Below, one piece after another: positions 55,596 to 64,000 of a stretch of DNA of 64,000 nucleotides. This stretch comes from the human T2T-CHM13v2.0 reference genome, Homo sapiens: assembly GCF_009914755.1 (NCBI RefSeq), contig NC_060937.1; one strand, 5' to 3'. Below the pieces are notes generated by a model. The model searched no databases. It was not told where the DNA came from and saw only the letters and a list, made by a program, of their open reading frames with translations. Each line of letters opens with the position of its first letter. Positions within the stretch are counted from its first letter, which is position 1. The translations under genes were made by a program, and so were the position numbers.

Positions 55596-58500
55596 CTCTG
55601 GGCTGGAGAAAGGAGGAGAAGAAAATGATAAACATTGTAAGGTCTCCCCGAAATATGGCCCTATTCCTTCATCCCTAGGGAAACAATCTCTAGGGAATTT
55701 CAGAATCAGAGAAAAGATGCCCAGTTCCTGCTCCCATTGAAGCCCAGGAAGACAACAAAGTTCCCTTCATTCTAGGGAGAAAAGCATGTTATCTTTAGTC
55801 AAAGATGTCTGAGCTCTTTTGGGTTCCCTATAGCCACAGGGTGGTACAAGAGGGCACTTTTCTTACATCCCTTAGAGACAACAAACAGTCCTAAAGTCGT
55901 CTTGCCAGCACACAAAAAGGAGTGATATCACCAGACAAAAATGAGATGTCATGTGTCTCAGATGTTTGGAGTGGACACAAATATCACTGAGAATATGGAG
56001 AGATGATGACAAAGGACCAGACGTCACAGTCCTCTGAAGCCTGTATTCTACATAAAACTGCAAGAAGAGTCATGTGGGGAGAAACTACAAATGGATCTAA
56101 AAATCTCAACTTGAATCAGAAAACCTTAAGTTAATAGAGAAAAGTAAAAATAGAACATTAATATTTACCTCATTTAGCTGGTGGAAGGATAAAAATATGT
56201 AAATGTGGAAAAAAAAACTCATGGTTGAAATGGATTTGTCAGAGGCTACTTCAGTTTTTCTAAAAGTAATGTTTCCATTAAATGAAGAATTCGCACAATA
56301 TTTAGAGAGAAAATTTAATTATACCAGACTGTTAAATTCCTGTTTTTCACAGTTCAAAATGCCATTTTGTAATAAAGATATTTTACAAATTCTGTGGTTA
56401 AAATATTCCACGTTTTGTGATTAAGCCTCAAATTTAGAAACATTGTAGTCAATGAGCTTCGTAGAAAAGTCATTTCTTTTTCTCACTGAATTTTAGAAAA
56501 TATTTGGGAAAAATATGTAACTGTAACAATCAAATGTAGCACATTTAGAGCTATAGTCTTCTGTAAGGGCTTGCCTGGACTTGCTAGGCTCCGATCTCAC
56601 CTGGGTTTCATTGTTCTTTTTGACTCAAAGAAATGTAAATATTCTCTAACCTTCTAGTCCTTACCTTGAAAAATAACACAGCATTTACATATTCCCAAGT
56701 ACTTCTGTAACCAAATCCACTCTCTCCTCTTTGTATAAGGCTTCTTGTCACTAAATTATGACTTATAGCCAAGGCATCAAAGTTTAAAGTCTATATTTTG
56801 TCATTGATTTGTACAAAGTGGTTAATACCAGCCAAAAATAAATCTTAATGAATTTTGAGTCATTATTATCATTGCTTCAATGATATCAATGCCTTTTAGT
56901 GGATTTTGAGGGGAGAAAAGGCAATAGAAAAAAATGAACAAATTAAAGTACTATTAAAATACCAGTCAATTATTAATTGATCAGTCTATAATTTGTTCCC
57001 TGTAATATAAAGTATTTGGAATAGAACACCTTAAGATTTATTCAGGTGCAGATGTTTCAAGATTACATAATTTGACTATCAGATGGTTCTAGTCATAATC
57101 GTAAATACAATCAAATTATGGTGAAAATGAAAGAATTTTTTTTGGCATCCGGAGGAATATAAAAAATAAAGTTGGCTATAAAAATAACTAGTCAGAAGAA
57201 TTTCTATGACTATGGAAGCAAATCTTTTTAGTCCTTATGTAAATTTAATTTCCTTCTGGCTTTCTTCTAATAATGGGAAATTTATATGCATTTGCAAATA
57301 GAATATTGGTATGCTTCATTGACATTTAATGAGGTCTAACATGGTCACACTGTGCACTTCTACAGTCATTTCTGCCTCTACATGATACTAATTGGATCTT
57401 TTCCAAAACACATTAGGCCATTTATGCTATTTGTTGTCTTAAAATGTTCCATTGCCAATTATCTCCAAAAATTTGCTCCAGAGTTTGCTTCTGATTACAG
57501 CCATTAAACGTACTTCAACATTTTAACTTTTCAGTAAAAGAGAAGGTCCTTGTTTTGCTGTAAAATTTTCCAATTGCAAATCCCTTCACAAAGTTAAAAA
57601 AATTGATTATAAATAAATCCATTTATAATTTCTTTCTTGTCCTAAGCAAAATAAAACTCAGGAGGCTGCAGAAATCATGCTGTGACTCTGAGGAGACAAA
57701 CATGAGAAGCAGAGTTGGGGACTGAGGTGAAAAAGAATTCTAAATATTTAGAAACAGCTGCTTTTTAATATCTCAAGAGATGTTATTTTGATATATTATA
57801 CAAATGTATTTTCTGAAGCAGCAGAATCTGAGTACTAAAGTCACACTGTGGGACTGAATTCTGTTTTCACCACTTTTTATACATACAATAAAAGCTCTCT
57901 GATTAATATCCATTTTTCTCTTTAGGATTTTGCCACGTTTTGATTCATGAGCAGAAACCAAACTATAAATAGCAGGATGCAAATTTTGTTTCAAAATATA
58001 TTATATGTAGTCTTATAGACTGTAAATATGTACACTCATCTCTTTCATTATTATTTGGCTAGCTGACAATAGGTAGACACAATCACAGTTTTATCCTTAT
58101 TACTATTCTCACAAGTTTTAGTCACACCCACTAATTGAATAGTTTCAGCTATTAAGGCTGTAACTGTTGATCCCTGTATCTGTCAATCAATATTTGGCTT
58201 CATCTACATATATGGTAAGACCATTATTTTAAAAAGTGAGGATGGCTGTCATGAGAATGTTGGAGTCTTACTTGCCTACTCAGAACCAGAACTCTCTCCA
58301 CTGGGAAATGTCACCATAGAAGATCAGTTGGCTGCAAAATTATTGTAAAGATGAATTTGATCTCCATTATCCCTACTACAGTTCCTTCCTGGTTCCTCTC
58401 TTAAGTATCTCTCCTTAAGAATCTGATGCATATTCTAAAGATCAACTAGATTGCCCCATTATTTTAATGCCTACCTGCTTCCTCCTTTGTCTATTCATGC

Positions 58501-58619
58501 TAATGTTTTAAAAGGGCATTTCAGTCATTGTGAGACAGACGCATATTTTCCAAACACAGAGGTTTAGATCTGTAATAAAGTTTAGAGGACAATTTTCTTC
58601 CGTCATCACTACACAGGAT

Positions 58620-58900
58620 GTTAGATCCTAGAGAGTTGACGCCTACCTGCCTTACTCATCTTGGATTCCCCAGAGTTTAGCTTAGCGCCGGGCAAATAGA
58701 AAGGGTTCAAAGTTGGTTGTTAAATTGAATAAATGTGGTCAGTGATTAGCAACTCAGCGCACTGGTTTAATTAGACCATATAACAAATTACTGAAATCTC
58801 CTGTTCATAGATGTGTCTTCCCAACTAGACGCCACGTTCCCCAAACGTAGAAACCTCATTTTTTCTCACCCACCCCAGCGGGAGTCTTGGCATAGATAAT
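58620..58900 (+). mobile_element. L2 3' fragments
   Basis: cttactcatcttggattccccagagtttagcttagcgccgggc...tgaataaatg; gtgtcttcccaactagac. Confidence 0.5.
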
Positions 58901-59573
58901 TCGTACTTGATAGCTCTCTTACTTAACCGAAATTCAATAGTTATAAATCAGTATCGGAAAGTAAAGCGTGAAGGAGAAACTATGAGAAATGTAAAGGATA
59001 TAACAGGATTGGTTTGCTGGAAAGACGGAAGAAAACTAATGATAAAGCAGTGTTACAATTCCTGCTTCTGGAGCACCAAGTAAGCTTTTCCGCGCTCAGG
59101 TTGCCTTAGAAACTTTAGAGCGCGTCCGCCCCAGCCCCGCCCCCGGCCTCGCCCCGAGCTTCGCCCCAAGTCCATCTCGCTCTTCATCCGACTACCCCGT
59201 ACCCTTACTTCCGCCCCAACCTGCCAACTGGAACCTAGGGTCCTACACTCTATGCCCACGCTTATTCTGCCTGACTAAAAATATGGTAGCAAATTACCAA
59301 AGTTAGAAAGATATCTTATAAATATAATCCATACTTTTTTCTTAGATATATAAACGCAAAAGCACAAGATATTTGTAATCTAAAAGCGCCATCTAGCATG
59401 AGCTCTTAGGGCCAATTTTCAGGCAGTGCGTTGGATAGCAACAACTTCGGAGGTCCCCAGATTGCAGAGGGAGACGTGGACGTGAGTGGAGCGGGGCGGT
59501 CCCCAGCACACTAGAGGAAGTCGTGCTACCCCCGCGGAGTTGTCGTGTGTTCTGGATTCATTCCGGCACCACC

Positions 59574-59575
59574 AT
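59574..59575 (+). CDS. UFM1: UFM1 exon 1 coding portion (only the AT of the start codon), at the end of the 5'UTR exon
   Basis: Kozak context GGCACCACC-AT followed by the consensus donor GTAAGT at 59576. Confidence 0.93.
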
Positions 59576-59652
59576 GTAAGTGTTTGCTTACCGACTGCCT
59601 TAATTCCTGGTCCAGCTGCCCGACCCTGACTCTCTCCCGCTCTTTTCCTCAG

Positions 59653-59709
59653 GTCGAAGGTTTCCTTTAAGATCACGCTGACGTCGGACCCACGGCTGCC
59701 GTACAAAGT
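59653..59709 (+). CDS. UFM1: UFM1 exon 2 (57 nt): (M)SKVSFKITLTSDPRLPYK(V)
   Basis: Branch point CCCTGAC (A at 59629), pyrimidine tract and CAG acceptor ending at 59652. Donor GTGAGT at 59710. Translation matches the UFM1 N-terminus. Confidence 0.97.
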
Positions 59710-59768
59710 GTGAGTAGCTCGGCCGAGATGGGCCTTTTGGGGCCGGACAAGACGGGGCTGGGTTGGGG

Positions 59769-59881
59769 ATGATCCGAGCCTTTCCAACAACTACCCCACG
59801 CAGTCTTCATCTCTTCACTTCATCTACTTTCCTGGCTCGCGCCCTTCCAGGAGCCTTTCCCACCGGAGCCTGCGAGGAGAG
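59769..59881 (+). CDS. UFM1: Alternative UFM1 N-terminal coding segment: MIRAFPTTTPRSLHLFTSSTFLARALPGAFPTGACEE(R)
   Basis: Open frame from ATG 59769 to the donor AG|GTCCGT at 59882, in the same phase (2) as the canonical exon 2 donor, so it joins exon 3 in frame. Would give 103 aa if the rest is canonical, consistent with an annotated isoform as I recall it. Confidence 0.6.
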
Positions 59882-60479
59882 GTCCGTACTTGCTCGCTAA
59901 GTGTCAGCTTGGCAGCTTGGCCCCGTCACGAGGGTGTGGGTGTGTTTCTGATTAGTGACCTCCCCTCGGAATTCATTTGGTGGGCAGGTGGCGCGGGAGG
60001 ACAGGTGGACCAGGTTCTGGTAATTTGTTGGGATTCTTAAACAGTCCCCATCTGCTGGATATTAGAAAAGCGTTTCACCGCTTTGGCCAGCTGGTTGAGG
60101 AAGTTAAGGAAGACATTCCATCTTGATAGTCAAGACTTTGAAATTACTTGAACATTTGTTATTCCGCGGCTTCTGAGTTTCGTTGTGTATGAGTAACTCA
60201 GCAGTCGGGCATCACAAAGTAATGAGACTCAGATCACACCCTTCCTATGCTGGGATTTAATAGAGTATTTGGTAGGAATGGGAAATGCAGATAGGGGATA
60301 GTTTATCCATGTGGGGCCTTTACTTATCCTTCGCAGTTGAGTGATAGATTTTAAGTAAACACTCTTGAGGTTATTGCAGTTGGAAGTAGCATGAAATGTA
60401 GCAAAGAACAGGATTACAATAGAATTTTTTGCATAATTAATTAGTACCTTGGCCTACCTAGCTGACTGATAAATTTCAA

Positions 60480-61455
60480 TGATTTACCAATCCATGATCC
60501 ATACAACCTCTCAGCCTTTTCCTCCCTTGATCTTTTCATCTCCAAAATATCCCTGTTACACTTTATCTCAGGTGTTCATGGTTGCAGCCTAGAACCTTAA
60601 GATTCCAATAATTGCTCCATCTCTGAGATGTCGTTTACAGGCACTCTTATGGATAAATACATTCTCTCCTACATGATTTACTATAATTTCTCATCTACAA
60701 CGTTTCATTTAATCCATTAATCACAGTGATTTTTTATCTGTAGCTATCCCCACTTCTATTCCTTACCTTACTCCTTATATAGTTAAGAGTCCATTGGTCC
60801 ACCTTTAAATCATTCTCATGCAAACACCCTCAACTCTGGTGGCCCTGTCTCTCCTCTCAGCATATTTTGGTTAGTGAAACACCAACTCTGAAACCAGCTG
60901 TTTGTATTATCTGTACATAGCTGACTGCCCCTGGAGAAAATAACAGACTGGAGGGTTTACATTAAATTCATGACTACAATTAATAGTACCTAGTACTTAA
61001 TACATTCTTCAAGTTTGCTCATTTTCCTCCTTATTCTCAGAAAAGATTGTTTAAAAATTTCAAACTTTCCACAGCTGCTGTCTCCCTTGCTATCAAGCCA
61101 TCAGAGGGAAATTCTATCATCTTTACACCAATGTAAACCTACCACTACATGGATAAATCCGTTAATTTCCCATCCTGTTAGAATGGAAAAAATGACTTCA
61201 CTCCTATGAAAAACCACTTGAGCTATAGTTCCCATCTATTTCAGTCTTGTCAAGGTTAAAGTAGATGGAGTCCAGTGCCCCCTCTCTCCTCATGATTGGT
61301 TTTTCCCTTTCTACTGGATTATTCTCATCAATATGCAAATGTACTCGAAAGAGAGCGTGAGAAGGAAGGAAGAAAATGATAGAGTAGGACAATAACATTA
61401 AGAGCCTGGAACATTGTACCAGTTCAGTTAATATGTGGTGACTGAATGAATTTAG
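60480..61455 (+). mobile_element. Degenerate L2 remnant in UFM1 intron 2
   Basis: Pyrimidine-rich L2-like motifs (ttttcccttt ctactggattattctcatcaatatgcaaatg) and a tgaatgaat end. Confidence 0.5.
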
Positions 61456-61732
61456 TAGGTACAACTGTTGTTTAGTATGTATGTGTGCGTGTGTAGTTGT
61501 GTGTGTATGTGTATAAGGATGTGTGTGTGGAAAATTCACATAACGTGTAAATGTGTGTACAAGGGTATCTGTGCTATATTTTCTTTTCAAAGTACATGGT
61601 AACTAGTACTTGGGTACTTGACAAGCTTGCCCTTTTAATCTTTGCTTCCTTTACACATGTTCTTTTCTGTGCTTAGAATGCAGTCTCATGATCACAACAT
61701 ATTTTATAGTAATAAAAATCTCACCTCTATGA

Positions 61733-62049
<317 letters not shown>

Positions 62050-63891
62050 AAAGATTTTTCTAATTGTCCACAGAGTTAATCTCGCCCTTCTTGAGTTACC
62101 TGTGGACTTAGTCTTTATAATAATTCTTACCAATTTATGTTATTATTTTGTTTATATATTTATTTAAAAAACAAATGATGCCAGTAATTTACTTCAAAAA
62201 TTCTCATTAATGTAAATTTATTCAAAACACTGGGATAATTTAAGTACCGATTTTATGAAATGACTGGCAAATACAACTTTAAATCTAGATAAGATCTGTG
62301 GAGTCACTGTAACTCTCATTTTTTCTAATTTTCTGCCAGTTAGAACTTGCATTAAAAGATGTTTTCATTTTTGATTTGTTTTTATTGGCTTGTCTGTGGA
62401 CACTCACCAACTTAATATACAGATAGAAACTTATTTTAATGAGCATCAGTATGACATCTAGGTATATTGTAAGGACATTTCCAAGTCTCCGATTTAAAAG
62501 TGAATTGAACTCCAAGGGTTTAGAAGTTCTCCAATTGATGCAGAGTTTTAGGAAAATGAATCTCAGATTCTTAACTACATATACACTGCAAAAATACTTT
62601 GTAAAATACTGTTGCCTAGTTTGTAAACTATGACATTGCCAGTTCGTTAGTTTTTAAACAAATGGCTATCCTTTATATGTTTTTATTTTTTTCCACCCCC
62701 CAAAAACATTAGTAAAGAAAGGGTAAAAATGATACCCATTTTCATCCTTTAATAGTATTTTGGAGTTGTGGAATGAGGGCAGCCAAGAAATCTATTCACA
62801 TTTCTATTACTGAAAACTGGTACCATATGCTGTTCCTGTTATAATGATTCTTATAGTCAGAGATCTGTAGACTGAGTGAGGAGCCTGGGCATATACATGA
62901 GAATAATGGTAGCTGGTATTGAGACACTTAAGAACAATACAATAATATGGTGGACAAATAGAGAAGTTTCAGTGAGAAATGTTAGCTTGTAAGTCTCCTC
63001 TGCTTTGAAAGATTGTTTTCTGTTTTCACTCATTGTAATTTATGTTACCTTAGGGATCTTATTTTTTAAAAGAAGTTTTAAAAACCTCTTACTGTGTCTT
63101 AAAGTGTTTTCTTAAGGTATAAAGTAAATTTCTGTTTTGATTTTTTTTATTGGAAAGTTCATACAGATTGACCCTGGGACTAAGTCATTAAGAAAAAAAA
63201 AATATATTTATTCATGATCTTTAAAATACTTGCCGTTATATGAGTCAGTTAACAAAATCACTCATCCCTCTCCAAAATGTTATTTCACATTTTACTTAGC
63301 CCACTTTAAATGATGGTAGAAAAATCACTTCATTATTGGCATTTTGACATAATGAACTTCATGCATTTTCATTAATTTGGTCTACTAATTTTGAACATGA
63401 TTAGTAAGAGTACACAGAAGGTTCATCAAAAGCTTTATGATCCAGTGATGCTTCCCAAGTAGCCTTCTACTTATAATGAAAATGATAACATTACTGGGTC
63501 AAGTGCATAGATATTTAGATGGGAGGTAAAGTGGACTGAAGACCAAGGAGAGCTTCACCTTTTTGAAATCCATCTCTAGAAACAAACAGCAGTTCATATG
63601 CTAGACTTACATGTATGAAAGTGTTAGAAATATATAAATCTACACCTTAAAGGTTAATTCTCAAGTGGAGCTCGGGCACCATCCCAGCTCTAAGGCTATT
63701 TGCTGTTTGGGTTGTTATTATTATTATTATTATTTTGAGTTAAAGAATGTAGTATGCAATCAAAATCACTAACTTTGAAACTGAAAAGACAGCTTTGTCC
63801 AGATTGGCTACAGTAGTGGAAATAAGGAACAAAGGGGCTTTTTTAGAAAATGGTGACTTTAAAAGAAACTGTTTTAAAATTCTTCTTGCAG

Positions 63892-63949
63892 ACTCAGTGT
63901 TCCTGAAAGTACACCTTTCACAGCAGTCTTAAAGTTTGCAGCAGAAGAA
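63892..63949 (+). CDS. UFM1: UFM1 exon 3 (58 nt): (V)LSVPESTPFTAVLKFAAEE
   Basis: Acceptor ttcttcttgcag ending at 63891 and donor GTAAGT at 63950. In phase with exon 2. Translation matches UFM1 residues 20-39. Confidence 0.97.
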
Positions 63950-64000
63950 GTAAGTACAGAAGTTGGAACAACCTTTATGGAATGCGGTTTGCCAATATGC

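Larger units (their letters stand above)
59090..60010 (+). promoter_or_regulatory. UFM1: CpG island / UFM1 promoter
   Basis: Abrupt rise in GC and CpG content. GC boxes (ccccgccc ~59135; ggggcgg 59493-59499), ETS ACTTCCG 59207-59213, CTCF/YY1-like GCGCCATCTAGC 59386-59397, CCAAT 59412-59416, tandem GACGTG 59473-59484. The exact TSS cannot be read from sequence. Confidence 0.9.

Noticed and set aside
59419-59790. 123-aa minus-strand ORF across the UFM1 promoter and exons (and the ORF at 59053-59259)
   Set aside because: The longer ORF starts at a non-ATG codon. GC-rich sequence has few stops, neither ORF resembles a known protein, and the plus strand is explained by UFM1.

Overview
Primate (very likely human) genomic DNA. 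About 59 kb is AT-rich, transposon-dense intergenic sequence: stacked L1s, Alus, L2/MIR, MaLR, ERVL, HERV-K and ERV1 LTRs, and a MADE1 MITE. It is followed by the CpG-island promoter and first three exons of UFM1 (ubiquitin-fold modifier 1, + strand). I spliced the exons by hand: AT|G + SKVSFKITLTSDPRLPYK + V + LSVPESTPFTAVLKFAAEE, which is residues 1-39 of UFM1. The gene continues past the window end. None of the long ORFs in the ORF track is a host gene; they are L1, Alu, LTR or low-complexity artefacts. I found no convincing new multi-gene system. The most interesting signals are in the 5' architecture of UFM1: a start codon split by a 77-nt intron that reads ATG-TAA if unspliced, a hairpin over that donor, and an alternative isoform start preceded by two uORFs with an AUGA stop/start overlap. 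There are also several genome-evolution footprints, including a locally templated 88-bp insertion inside an L1, nested insertions datable by their target-site duplications, inverted Alu junctions and perfect palindromes. Repeat subfamily names come from recalled consensus sequences, and most repeat boundaries are approximate.
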